Source of the DNA: an uncultured Candidatus Rokubacteria bacterium
GTDB taxonomy: Bacteria > Methylomirabilota > Methylomirabilia > Rokubacteriales > DASRDR01
DNA length: 64,000 bases
NCBI GenBank assembly: GCA_963805625.1
Contig: CAWDVE010000010.1
Span: 896,001-960,000 of the forward strand
Reading direction: 5' to 3'
Every line of letters starts with the position of its first letter. Within the stretch, counting starts at the first letter, position 1. Shown in pieces: positions 9,070-18,632 of this stretch. The position numbers were made by a program, and so were the translations under genes. The notes under the pieces are model-generated. The model saw nothing but the letters and a program-made list of their open reading frames with translations, ran no database searches and was not told where the DNA came from.

Positions 9070-10662
9070 ATGGACTTCCGGACTCTCGTCGATGCGTGGC
9101 AGGCGGGCACCCTCTCCCGCCGGGCCTTCCTGGAGCGCGCCACCGTGCTCGGTGTCGGAGCGGCCGCCGCCGCCCTGCTGGAGGGCCGGGCGGCCAGGCC
9201 CGCCGCGGCCCAGACGACCCAGAAGCGCGAGCTCGTCATCGCCCAGGGCGGTGACATCTCGAAGCTCGATCCGCACTTCTCGACCTCGTCGAACGACATC
9301 CGCGTGACATTCAACGTCTTCGACAATCTGACGAACCGCCACCCGGACGGCAAGCTCCAGCCCGGGCTCGCCACCGAATGGAAGGCCACGGGCCCCACTA
9401 CCTGGACGTTCAAGCTCCGCCCGGGGGTCAAGTTCCACAACGGAGACCCGTGCACCTCCGAGGACGTGAAGTTCTCGATCGAGCGGACGTACGACCCCAC
9501 CATGAAGACCCTCGTCTCGAGCGTCTTCACGACGGTGAGCCGCATCGAGACGCCCGATCCCAGCACCGTGGTCATCCACACCAAGGCCTCCGATCCCTTG
9601 CTGCCCGCGCGTCTCGCGTTCTACGGCGGTCAGATCATCCCGAAGAAGCACGTCGAGCAGGTGGGCGGCGACACGTTCAACGCCAAGCCCGTCGGCACGG
9701 GGCCCCTCCGCTTCGTGTCCTGGACTAAGGACGACCGGCTCGTCCTCGAGGCCAACCCGGACTACTGGGGTGGACGGGTCGAGGTCGACCGCGTCGTCAT
9801 CCGACCGGTTCCCGAGATCGCCCCGCGCGTGGCCGGTCTCCTCAAGGGGGAGACGGACCTCATCACCCAGCTCACGCCCGACCACTGGGATCGTATCAAC
9901 CAGAGCCCGACCACCAAGGGCGCCTCGGCCCTCTACGCCGGTCTCTACGTGCTCGGCACGAACTCCAAGGTCCCGCCGCTCAACAACTGGACGCTCAAGA
10001 AGGCGATGCAGCTCGGCGTCGACCGGGAAGCGATCGTGAAGGAGCTCTGGCGCGGCCGCGGCATCATCCCTACCGGCCCCATCGCCAAGGGCGACGCCCA
10101 CTTCGACCCGAGCCTGCCCCCACTGGCGTACGACCCGAGCAAGGCGAAGGAGCTCGTCAAGCAGTCGGGCTACAAGGGCGAACCCATCTACCTCGAGACG
10201 ACCGTCGGTCTCCTGGCGAACGACAAGGCCATGTCCGAGGCCATCGCGGCCATGTGGAAGGACGTCGGGATCAACGTCGTGGTCGAGGTGGTCGAGTTCT
10301 CGGTGCGGGCCCAGAAGAACCGCGAGCGGACGTTCAAGGGCCTCTGGTGGTCCGATCCCACGTCGACCCTGCGCGATCCCGACGGCATGATGTGGCGGCT
10401 TATGGCGCCGGGTGCGCCGCACGACTACTGGCGGCATCCGGAGTTCGACGAGCTCGGCAACGCCGCCCGCAACTCGATGGACGAGGTCTTCCGCGCCAAG
10501 GCCTACAAGCGGATGACCGAACTCTTCCTCGAGTTCAACCCCTGGATCCTCGTGATCCAGCCCAACGAGGACTACGGGCTGCAGAAGTACGTCGAGTTCG
10601 CCCCGAATCCGAACCAGGCCCTCGAGCTGCGGAAGTTCAACTTCAGGATGCGGCGGGCGTAG
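9070..10662 (+). CDS. ABC transporter substrate-binding protein, family 5 (peptide/nickel), Tat-exported
   Basis: SRRAFL twin-arginine motif; LDPH, PGLATEW, LRPGVKFHNG, PVGTGP. Confidence 0.92.
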   Translation: MDFRTLVDAWQAGTLSRRAFLERATVLGVGAAAAALLEGRAARPAAAQTTQKRELVIAQGGDISKLDPHFSTSSNDIRVTFNVFDNLTNRHPDGKLQPGLATEWKATGPTTWTFKLRPGVKFHNGDPCTSEDVKFSIERTYDPTMKTLVSSVFTTVSRIETPDPSTVVIHTKASDPLLPARLAFYGGQIIPKKHVEQVGGDTFNAKPVGTGPLRFVSWTKDDRLVLEANPDYWGGRVEVDRVVIRPVPEIAPRVAGLLKGETDLITQLTPDHWDRINQSPTTKGASALYAGLYVLGTNSKVPPLNNWTLKKAMQLGVDREAIVKELWRGRGIIPTGPIAKGDAHFDPSLPPLAYDPSKAKELVKQSGYKGEPIYLETTVGLLANDKAMSEAIAAMWKDVGINVVVEVVEFSVRAQKNRERTFKGLWWSDPTSTLRDPDGMMWRLMAPGAPHDYWRHPEFDELGNAARNSMDEVFRAKAYKRMTELFLEFNPWILVIQPNEDYGLQKYVEFAPNPNQALELRKFNFRMRRA

Positions 10663-10707
10663 GGGGCTTCGGCCCCGGCTCCGGCGCTCTCCCGCCGGGC
10701 CGGGGCC
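10663..10707 (+). other. Intercistronic stem-loop(s)
   Basis: 15-bp stem (10671-10686 / 10693-10707, one bulge) overlapped by a GGGGC-UUCG-GCCCC hairpin at 10663-10676. No U-tract. Confidence 0.6.
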
Positions 10708-10733
10708 CTCTGCTCCCCTGTTCCTCGAACCCC

Positions 10734-11798
10734 ATGTCGCTGCCCCTCTTCGCGACCACCGTCATCGGCAGCCTCCCGCGACCGGCCTGGGTCCGGGACG
10801 TCATCCTCGATCGCAAGGCCGGACGCCTCGACGAGGCCGACGCGGACCGCCTCCTGGACCCAGCCATCGACACGGCCATCCGGCTCCAGGAGCGGGCGGG
10901 GCTCGACGAGATCACCGACGGCGAGTGGCGCCGCGAGAGCTACGTCAAGGTCTTTGCCGAGCGTGTCCGCGGCTTCCGGCCCGACCTGAACCCGAGCGGT
11001 GGCCTCCCCTACCCGGCGGTCGTGGCGCCGATCGAGTACCATCGCGAGATCGCGGCGCCGGAGGTTCGCTACACGCGCGCCCGGACAAGCCGCCGCGTCA
11101 AGGCCACCTTGCCGGCGCCCTACATCATCGGGCGCCGGATGTGGCATCCCGAGCACTCGCGGGCCGCGTACCCGACACGCGAGAAGCTCATGCGCGATTG
11201 CGTCGGCGTGCTGCGCCGTGAGATCGAGGCGGTGCGCGCCGCCGGCGCAGATACGGTCCAGCTCGACGAGCCGTGGCTCGCGACCCTCGTGGACCCCAAG
11301 TTCCGGGCCGAGGAGGGGATCGCGGACGTCCGGTACGAAATGGACCTCTGCGCGGACCTCCTGAACCAGACGCTCGCCGGCCTCGGCGGGATCGAGACCT
11401 CCGTCCACCTCTGCCACGCGCACTTCGCGCGGCAGCACAAGACCGAGGGGTCCTACGACCTCATCATGCCGGCTCTCGCGCGCGTCCGGGCCGGGACCAT
11501 CTCGCTCGAGCTCGCGACCCCGGCCGCCGGCGGGTTCGCCTCCCTGGCCCACTTCCCCGCAGCGCCGCGGCTCGGCCTCGGCTGCATCGACCACTGCGAC
11601 CGACGGGTCGAGACCGTGGACGAGGTGATGCAGCGGGTCGAGGCTGCAATGCGCTACGTCGACGGGGAGCGCATCGTGCTCCACCCGGACTGCGGCTTCG
11701 CCCCTTCCGTCCAGAACCCGATGGACCTCGACGAGGCGTACGAGAAGCTCAAGGTCATGGGCGAGGCCGCCGCGCGTCTCCGCGAGCGCCACGCCTAG
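10734..11798 (+). CDS. Cobalamin-independent methionine synthase II-like (single-barrel MetE family) protein
   Basis: TTVIGSLPRP, ITDGEWRR, QLDEP; zinc ligands HLCH and PDCGF. Confidence 0.88.
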   Translation: MSLPLFATTVIGSLPRPAWVRDVILDRKAGRLDEADADRLLDPAIDTAIRLQERAGLDEITDGEWRRESYVKVFAERVRGFRPDLNPSGGLPYPAVVAPIEYHREIAAPEVRYTRARTSRRVKATLPAPYIIGRRMWHPEHSRAAYPTREKLMRDCVGVLRREIEAVRAAGADTVQLDEPWLATLVDPKFRAEEGIADVRYEMDLCADLLNQTLAGLGGIETSVHLCHAHFARQHKTEGSYDLIMPALARVRAGTISLELATPAAGGFASLAHFPAAPRLGLGCIDHCDRRVETVDEVMQRVEAAMRYVDGERIVLHPDCGFAPSVQNPMDLDEAYEKLKVMGEAAARLRERHA

Positions 11799-11901
11799 CG
11801 CCTGCTCCCGGACGGCCCCGCAAGCCCCGCGGAGCGCCCGCGCTCGGACGTGAGGCCCTCTCGCTCAGCATGGCAACCGACGTCGGCTCGAACGGCCGGT
11901 C

Positions 11902-11931
11902 TTGACGCCGCCAGCACTGTCCCGATAGGCT
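11902..11931 (+). promoter_or_regulatory. Putative sigma70 promoter TTGACG-N18-TAGGCT
   Basis: Hexamers at suitable spacing upstream of the GGAGG RBS and ATG 11999. Confidence 0.4.
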
Positions 11932-11998
11932 CCCGACAGACAGCCGGCGCGGGCCTTCGCGTCCGGCAAGCGGACCCCTCGAGACGGAGGTCGACGCC

Positions 11999-13543
11999 AT
12001 GTGGGCGCGCGTGCTGGGGATTCTCGTCACCGTTCTCTGTCTCCTCGGGTCCACCGGGCTGCCCGGCGCCGCGGCGCCGAAGGCCGGCGGCACCATGAAG
12101 GTCGCCCTGCTGCGGGATCCCACCGGCTGGGACCCTCACATCAACTACGGCGCCACCACCTACACCTTCCAGGCCAACATCTACGAGGGACTCCTCCGCT
12201 ACTCCCTCAAGGGCGCGCTCGAGCCTGGGCTCGCCGTGCGCTGGGAATCGCCGAATCCGACCACGTACGTGCTGCACCTGCGGAAGGGCGTCCGCTTCCA
12301 CAGCGGCAACCCGTTCACGGCCGACGACGTCAAGTGGAACATCGAGCGGATCATCGCGCCGGCCACCAACGCGACGCGGGCCAAGGAGTTCGACGTCGTG
12401 GAGGCCGTGACCGTGGTCGACCCCTCCACGGTCCGGATCGCCCTCAAGCAGCCCGCCGCGCCCTTCCTGGAGCTGCTCGCCGCCGCCGAAGCGGTCATCG
12501 CCGACAGCAAGTGGGTCACCGCCGGCGGCGACCTGAAGAAGGCGACCAGCGGGACGGGGCCCTTCAAGCTCGGCCCGTACGAGACCGGGGTTCGCTACGC
12601 GCTCGTCAAGAACCCCGACTACTGGGAGTCCCCCTATCCGTATCTCGACCGCATCGAGCTCTCGACCGTGGCCAAGGACGACGTCCGGGTCCAGGCGCTC
12701 CAGACGGGGAGCGTCGACCTCGCCGAGTACATCCCCTGGCAGGAGGTCAAGGCGCTCGAGAAGGATCCGCAGATCAAGGTGCACGTGGGCTACGACACCT
12801 TCAACGTGATCCGCATGAACCCGAAGCGCCCGCCCTTCGACAACGTGAAGGTGCGGCAGGCGCTCAACTATCTCGTCGACCGCAAGGAGATCATCGAGCT
12901 GGCCTGGGGCGGTATCGGCCGCCCGTTCGGCGCCGGGCTGATCCCCGACGGACACTGGGCGTTCCCGAAGGCGCTCCAGGGAACCTGGTCCTACGATCCC
13001 GCGAAGGGCAAGCGCCTCCTCGCCGAGTCCGGCGTGAACCCCGGCACGACGCGGATCGTGTTCGACTCGACGACGCTCTCCGTCCACATGGACTCCGCCC
13101 AGATCATCGTGACCCAGCTCCAGCGGGCCGGCTTCACGCAGATCGAGCTGAAGCCGATGGACGTCCCCACCCAGCAGCGGAAGCGCGTCTCCGGCGAGTA
13201 CCAGCTCATGATGGACGGCTTCAGCCTCCCCTGGCCCGACCCCGACTTCTACGCCGGGTTCTTCGCCACGGGCGGCGCCTCATACGCTCGCGCGGTGGAG
13301 TTCAGCGACGCGGCCCTCGACAAGCTCCTGGCCGAGGGGCGCGGCACCGCGGACCAGGCGAAGCGCGCGGCCGTCTACGCGCAGGTCGAGCAGCGGGTCG
13401 TGGAGCTCGCCCCTTGGGTGTTCCTCCACTGGCGGCCTCAGGCCGAGGCGCACCGCGCCACCATCGGCGGCTACACGCGACTGCCCGGGGCCCTGGGCAA
13501 CAAGAGCCTGGGCGGACTCAAGTACCTCTACCGGGAGGGCTGA
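11999..13543 (+). CDS. ABC transporter substrate-binding protein, family 5
   Basis: Sec signal peptide; WDPH, IYEGL, LRKGVRFHSG, GTGPFK, PFDNVKVRQA. Confidence 0.92.
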   Translation: MWARVLGILVTVLCLLGSTGLPGAAAPKAGGTMKVALLRDPTGWDPHINYGATTYTFQANIYEGLLRYSLKGALEPGLAVRWESPNPTTYVLHLRKGVRFHSGNPFTADDVKWNIERIIAPATNATRAKEFDVVEAVTVVDPSTVRIALKQPAAPFLELLAAAEAVIADSKWVTAGGDLKKATSGTGPFKLGPYETGVRYALVKNPDYWESPYPYLDRIELSTVAKDDVRVQALQTGSVDLAEYIPWQEVKALEKDPQIKVHVGYDTFNVIRMNPKRPPFDNVKVRQALNYLVDRKEIIELAWGGIGRPFGAGLIPDGHWAFPKALQGTWSYDPAKGKRLLAESGVNPGTTRIVFDSTTLSVHMDSAQIIVTQLQRAGFTQIELKPMDVPTQQRKRVSGEYQLMMDGFSLPWPDPDFYAGFFATGGASYARAVEFSDAALDKLLAEGRGTADQAKRAAVYAQVEQRVVELAPWVFLHWRPQAEAHRATIGGYTRLPGALGNKSLGGLKYLYREG

Positions 13544-13546
13544 GCG

Positions 13547-13918
13547 ATGGGGTTCGACGGCGCGGCCTTCGTGGATCGCTTCAACACGGTATGGAACGGG
13601 CACGACGTGGACGGCATCCTCGCGATGATGACGGACGACGTCGTGTTCGAGGCGTCCTTCGGCAAGGATCCATGGGGGACACGCGTCGTCGGCAAGCCGG
13701 CGGTGCGTGAGCTCCTGCGGGGCATGTTCGCGCGGATCCCCGACGTGCGCTGGGACGAGATCCGGCACTACGTCCATCCCGACGTGGCGGTGGTGGAGTG
13801 GATCACGAGCGGCACCCCGCACGGCGGCACGCGCTACGAGGTCTACGGCTGCGACGTGCTCGCCCTCCGGGCCGGGCGCATCGCGGCCAAGCGCTCGTTC
13901 CGAAAGGGTGTGATCTAG
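13547..13918 (+). CDS. NTF2/SnoaL-like protein
   Basis: 123 aa; WNGHDVDGILAMMTDDVVFE...GCDVL..R.GRIAAKRSF. Confidence 0.85.
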   Translation: MGFDGAAFVDRFNTVWNGHDVDGILAMMTDDVVFEASFGKDPWGTRVVGKPAVRELLRGMFARIPDVRWDEIRHYVHPDVAVVEWITSGTPHGGTRYEVYGCDVLALRAGRIAAKRSFRKGVI

Positions 13919-13942
13919 CCTCCCGGGGGATGCTGCCGCCCC

Positions 13943-14896
13943 GTGTGGACCTATCTCCTCCGCCGGCTCGGACTCGCCCTCGTCCTGCTCTGGGTCGTTG
14001 CCACCGTCCTCTTCTTCTCGATCCACCTCCTGCCGGGTGACCCGGCGCTCCTCGTCCTGGGCGGTGACGCGGCCCAGGCGAGCCCGGAGCAGATCGCGCG
14101 CGTCCGCGCCCGCCTCGGGCTCGACCGCCCGCTGCCGGTCCAGTACGCCGCCTGGCTGGGCAAGGTCCTCCGGGGCGACCTCGGAACCTCGCTCATCGAC
14201 GACCGCTCGGTCGCCCGCGACCTGGCGAACCGGCTCCCGCGAACGCTCCAGCTGGTCGTCCCAGCCACGGCCCTCGCCATCGTCCTGGGTGTGCCGCTCG
14301 GAATGTTCGCCGCGCGCCGGCGCGGGCGCCTCGCCGACCCGGCAGCCTCGGCGCTCGCCCTCGCCGGCTTCTCCATGCCGGTGTTCGTCGTCGGCATGGT
14401 CCTGGTCCTGGTGTTCTCGCTCCGGCTCCGCTGGCTCCCGCCGGCGGGGTATGTCCCGCTCGCCGAGGACCCCGGCGGGTTCGTCCGCCACCTGGTACTG
14501 CCGGTCCTCGCGCTCGCAGCCGCCCCGCTGGCGACCGTGATGCGGATGACGCGGTCGAGCTACCTCGAGGAGGCCGCGCGGGACTTCGTCCGAACCGCCC
14601 GGGCCAAGGGCCTCGCCGAACGCGTCGTGGCGTGGCGCCACGTCCTCCGGAACGCGCTCCTCCCCGTGACCTCCATCGTGGGGCTCCAGGTCGGCTCGAT
14701 GTTCGCGAGCTCCGTGCTCGTCGAGTACATCTTCAGCTGGCCCGGCATCAACGCGCTCCTTCTGAACTCCCTCGGCACCCGGGACTATCCGGTGATCCAG
14801 GGGGTCGTCCTGCTGGGGTCGACCCTCTTCGTCGCGGTGAATCTCGCCACCGACCTCTGCTACGGGCTCGTGAACCCGCGTATCCGGCATGGCTGA
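13943..14896 (+). CDS. Peptide-type ABC permease (DppB/OppB-like)
   Basis: YLLRRL, LPGDPA, LGLDRPLPVQY, RTARAKGL...HVLRNA, RDYPVIQG. Confidence 0.95.
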   Translation: MWTYLLRRLGLALVLLWVVATVLFFSIHLLPGDPALLVLGGDAAQASPEQIARVRARLGLDRPLPVQYAAWLGKVLRGDLGTSLIDDRSVARDLANRLPRTLQLVVPATALAIVLGVPLGMFAARRRGRLADPAASALALAGFSMPVFVVGMVLVLVFSLRLRWLPPAGYVPLAEDPGGFVRHLVLPVLALAAAPLATVMRMTRSSYLEEAARDFVRTARAKGLAERVVAWRHVLRNALLPVTSIVGLQVGSMFASSVLVEYIFSWPGINALLLNSLGTRDYPVIQGVVLLGSTLFVAVNLATDLCYGLVNPRIRHG

Positions 14897-15800
14897 GACA
14901 GTGAGCCTGCCCGGGACGCCCGCTCCCGGAGAAGCCCTTCCCGGCGGCCCGGAGCTCGTCGCCCCGGCACGCCGCCGGGCGGCCTGGCGGCGCTCGCGCC
15001 AGGTTCTCGTCGCGGGTCCGATCGTCGGCCTGCTCCTCGTCGCGGCGGCGCTGGCCCCCCTCCTGGCGCGAACCGACCCCAACGTGCTGAACCCGCGCGC
15101 GAAGGCCCAGCCGCCGACGCTCGCCCATCCGCTGGGGACCGACGAGTTCGGCCGGGACCTGTGGAGCCGGCTGCTCCACGGAGCTCGCATCACGCTCGTG
15201 GTCGGGCTCTCCAGCGTCGCCGTCGCCGCCAGCCTCGGCACGCTCCTCGGAAGCGCCGCCGCCTACGCCCGCGGCCCCGTAGAGGCGACGATCATGCGGG
15301 TGATGGATGGCCTGCTGTGCTTCCCGCCGATCCTCCTGGGGATCTTCGTGGTGACGTTCCTCGGCCCCTCCCTGCGCAACCTGATCCTGGTGATCGGCGT
15401 CCTGTACGTCCCGCGCTTCACGCGCGTGGTGCACGCGAGCACGCTCGCGGTCCGGGAGCTCGAGTACGTCGAGAGCGCCCGGGCGCTCGGCGCGTCGGCG
15501 GTCCGGGTCGTGGGCGGGACCATCCTGCCGAACATCGTGGCGCCGATCCTGGTGCAGGCCTCGCTCGCCGCGGGTCACGCCATCCTGCTCGAGTCGGGCC
15601 TCTCGTTCCTGGGCCTGGGCCCGCCCCCGCCCACCCCGTCGTGGGGACGCATGGTCGAGCAGTCGGGGCGCTTCATGCAGCTCTCCGCCCTGCCCCTCCT
15701 CTGGCCGTCGGCGGCCATCTCGCTCACCGTCCTCGCGTTCAACGTACTGGGCGACGGGCTCCGCGACCTCCTGGACCCTCGCCTCCGCCGCGGCACCTGA
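14889..15800 (+). CDS. Peptide-type ABC permease (DppC/OppC-like)
   Basis: HPLGTDEFGRD, YVESARALGAS (EAA loop), LSFLGLG, FNVLGDGLRDLLDPR. Confidence 0.95.
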   Translation: MAETVSLPGTPAPGEALPGGPELVAPARRRAAWRRSRQVLVAGPIVGLLLVAAALAPLLARTDPNVLNPRAKAQPPTLAHPLGTDEFGRDLWSRLLHGARITLVVGLSSVAVAASLGTLLGSAAAYARGPVEATIMRVMDGLLCFPPILLGIFVVTFLGPSLRNLILVIGVLYVPRFTRVVHASTLAVRELEYVESARALGASAVRVVGGTILPNIVAPILVQASLAAGHAILLESGLSFLGLGPPPPTPSWGRMVEQSGRFMQLSALPLLWPSAAISLTVLAFNVLGDGLRDLLDPRLRRGT

Positions 15801-15959
15801 CGACCGGCGGCCTCACCGCGAGTCCACGCGCCGCCCGGACCGGGCACCCCTGACTCGCCGCCTGACTCCCCCGGCGGCGGCGATGCTATAGTCCCTGCCA
15901 CCGGACGGGAGCGAGACCCCCCCGATGTGCGTACAGGCCACTACAGTCAGGTACAGGGC

Positions 15960-16718
15960 ATGAGCTCGGAACCCTGGGACGCATTCTTCGATGCTCACTA
16001 CGTCCTCACCTACGCGCCCCTTCAGCCCGAAGACCGCTCCCGTGCCGAGGTACTCGCCGCGACGCGCCTGGCCGGACTCTCGACAGCCTTCCGGGTCCGG
16101 GACGTGCCATGCGGGTACGGCCGCCATGCGGTCCCACTTGCCGCCGAGGGCTACCGCGTCGTCGGTCTCGATCGATCGGTGACGCAGCTCGACGAGGCGC
16201 GACGCCGCCGGGGCGCGGCGAACGGGCTGCGGCTGGTCCGGGCGGACTACCGTGAGATCCCGCTCGCCACCGGCACCTTCGACGGGGCTTTGAACCTCCA
16301 CAGCTCGCTGGGCTATGCAGGCGACGAGGGAGACCGGGCCGTGCCGGGCGAGATCCGGCGTGTTCTGCGTCCCGGAGGCCGCCTCGTCATCGAGACGAAC
16401 CATCGCGACCGGCTGCCGCCGCGGAGCCCGCTACGCGAATGGTATCCCCTTGGAGACGGCGCCTTCCTTCTGACCGAGAGTCGGATCGAGAGTCGGATCG
16501 ACCGAGTGGGTGGCACGGTTGAGCTCACCCACACGTATCTGCCGGCTGGGGGTCTCCCGCATACCCGCACGATCCGCTGGCGAGCCTACTCGGCGACCGA
16601 GCTCTCCCGGATCCTCGTCGACGTGGGCTTCGGGGAGATCACCTGCTACGGGAACCTTGATGGCGGACCGTTCGCGCCCGACACGCGCCTCGTCATCGTG
16701 GCAGCCACACCGGCGTGA
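15960..16718 (+). CDS. Class I SAM-dependent methyltransferase (possibly degenerating)
   Basis: DVPCGYGRH motif I, VVGLDRS, VLRPGGRLVIE. Contains an in-frame 12-bp duplication. Confidence 0.8.
   Translation: MSSEPWDAFFDAHYVLTYAPLQPEDRSRAEVLAATRLAGLSTAFRVRDVPCGYGRHAVPLAAEGYRVVGLDRSVTQLDEARRRRGAANGLRLVRADYREIPLATGTFDGALNLHSSLGYAGDEGDRAVPGEIRRVLRPGGRLVIETNHRDRLPPRSPLREWYPLGDGAFLLTESRIESRIDRVGGTVELTHTYLPAGGLPHTRTIRWRAYSATELSRILVDVGFGEITCYGNLDGGPFAPDTRLVIVAATPA
16475..16501 (+). repeat. 12-bp tandem duplication (CGAGAGTCGGAT x2)
   Basis: Read directly from the sequence; gives ESRIESRID in the protein. Confidence 0.9.
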
Positions 16719-16731
16719 CGGGCAGCGGCAC

Positions 16732-17292
16732 ATGACAGAGCCCGTGGCCCTCGAGACCCCCCGGCTCGCCCTACGCGAGTTCCGCGACAACGATGCCCCG
16801 GCCATTCATGCGTACGCGAGCGACGCCGAGGTCGTCCGATACCTCGACTGGGGGCCGAACACCCGCGAGGACACCGCGCAGTTCCTAGCCATGGGGCGGG
16901 CCGCCCGGGCCGCCCTCCCCCGAACCGCCTACCACCTGGCCATCGTCCTCACGGCCACCGGCCGCCTGGTCGGTGGCTGCCGCATCGAGATCCGCAATGC
17001 CGCCAACGGGGCCGGTGATCTCGGTTACGTCCTCGGCCGCCCCTACTGGGGCCAGGGCTACGCCACCGAGGCCACGCGCGCCCTCGTGGGATTCGGTTTC
17101 GAGAGCCTGGCCCTCCACCGAATCTGGGCCACGTGCGACGTTCGCAACGCGGCCTCGGCACGGGTCCTCGCGAAGCTCGGGATGAAGCGCGAGGGCCACC
17201 TCCGCCACGACGTCCGGCGGAAGGGCGAGTGGCGAGACTCCTACCTCTACGCCATCCTCGAGACGGAGTGGCCCGGACCGGAGCCGACCTAG
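16732..17292 (+). CDS. GNAT family N-acetyltransferase (RimJ/RimL-like)
   Basis: LETPRLALRE, YWGQGYATEA, NAASARVLAKLGMKREG. Confidence 0.92.
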   Translation: MTEPVALETPRLALREFRDNDAPAIHAYASDAEVVRYLDWGPNTREDTAQFLAMGRAARAALPRTAYHLAIVLTATGRLVGGCRIEIRNAANGAGDLGYVLGRPYWGQGYATEATRALVGFGFESLALHRIWATCDVRNAASARVLAKLGMKREGHLRHDVRRKGEWRDSYLYAILETEWPGPEPT

Positions 17293-17486
17293 TGGTTGGC
17301 GGTGCCCGTCACCGCCCGAAAGTCCGGGGGTCGCGATCCACGGGATGGCGGGAACCCGCCGGCCCTACCCCGTCCACGCGGAGTGCTTCACGCGTCTCAG
17401 AGCACGGGATGGACCGCTTCCTCTGTCTCTTGCCGCCTCTCCTCGGATCCTGAGGGTGACGCTCCTCGGCACCTCTCCGGGGTCAC

Positions 17487-17790
17487 TCACGATCCGAAGC
17501 CCTTGTAGCTCAGCACGGGTCTCAATCGACGTACAATCCGCGTCAGCTCCGACTGGGCGCGCATCACCCGGCCGATGTCCTTGTACGCGCCCGGCGCCTC
17601 GTCCCGCAATGCCTCCGCGCGCCGATGATCGAACCAGACGCCGCGCAGCTGCCGCTGAAGCTCGGTCACCCCGATGCGACGACGGGCCTGGGAGCGACTC
17701 ATCGCACGGCCCGCTCCGTGAGAGCTCGAAGAGAGGGACCGCTCACATCCTCGGCCCTCGACATGGAACGTCGGTGTACCAATAGACGGA
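17487..17790 (-). pseudogene. rtcB: C-terminal remnant of RtcB RNA ligase
   Basis: SSSHGAGRAMSR, DEAPGAYKDI..VM and terminal LRPVLSYKG are RtcB motifs. Only about 100 codons remain. Confidence 0.85.
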
Positions 17791-17858
17791 CCAACAGCGA
17801 GAGGGCTCCGCACGGCCGTTCGGAGCCGGACGCGTCGGCGATCTCGGCCCGTCCGGCC

Positions 17859-18632
17859 CTACCGCGTCCGGGCGTAGTGCTCGACGCGGCGCTCCAGGCG
17901 GGCGATCACCTCCGACACCGCGTACGCGAACGAGAACACCACGATCACCAGCGCCCAGAACTCCTCGAACAGGAAGTTCTGCGAGTAGGTCTCGAACAGC
18001 TCCCCCACCCCGAGGATCGCGATCAGGAGCTGGCCGATGACGACACCCTTGACGCCGCGGATGGCGCCGAGGCGGAGGCCGGCGAGGATCTCCGGCAGGG
18101 CGGCGGGGAGCAGGATCTTCCGGTAGAGGTCACCGCGCCCGGCACCGAAGCAGGAGGCCATCTCGACGAGCGAGCGGCCCACCTGCCGGACGCCCACCTC
18201 GGTGTCGAGCACGATCACGAACACCGCAAACAGGAACACGGTCACCACGACCGTCGTCTGCCCGATACCCACGACGGCCATCAGCAGGGGGACCAGCGCC
18301 GAGACCGGTGCGCTCACGAACACGTTGACCCAGACCCGGAGGATCCGCCCGACGGTCTCGGAACGGGCCATCAGGATCCCCACCGGGATGCCGACGGCGA
18401 TGGCCAGCACCATGCCCAGGGCGAATGCGCGCAGCGAGATCCAGGCCGCGCCCGCGAACTTGGCGGACGTCACCACGGTCGCCCCGCTCGCCACCACCCG
18501 GCTGAGCGGCGGAACGATCGACACGACCCCCCCCCGCCCGACCGCTTCCCACACGAGGCACCAGACGGCGAGCGCCGCCGCCGTCAGGAGCGGGGAGCGG
18601 CCCGAATCGGTCTCCGGCGCCTCACCCCACAT
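17859..18632 (-). CDS. Nitrate/sulfonate/taurine-type ABC permease
   Basis: Multiple TM segments; EMASCFGA...KILLPAALPEILAGLRLG; GVGEL. Confidence 0.9.
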   Translation of the reverse strand: MWGEAPETDSGRSPLLTAAALAVWCLVWEAVGRGGVVSIVPPLSRVVASGATVVTSAKFAGAAWISLRAFALGMVLAIAVGIPVGILMARSETVGRILRVWVNVFVSAPVSALVPLLMAVVGIGQTTVVVTVFLFAVFVIVLDTEVGVRQVGRSLVEMASCFGAGRGDLYRKILLPAALPEILAGLRLGAIRGVKGVVIGQLLIAILGVGELFETYSQNFLFEEFWALVIVVFSFAYAVSEVIARLERRVEHYARTR

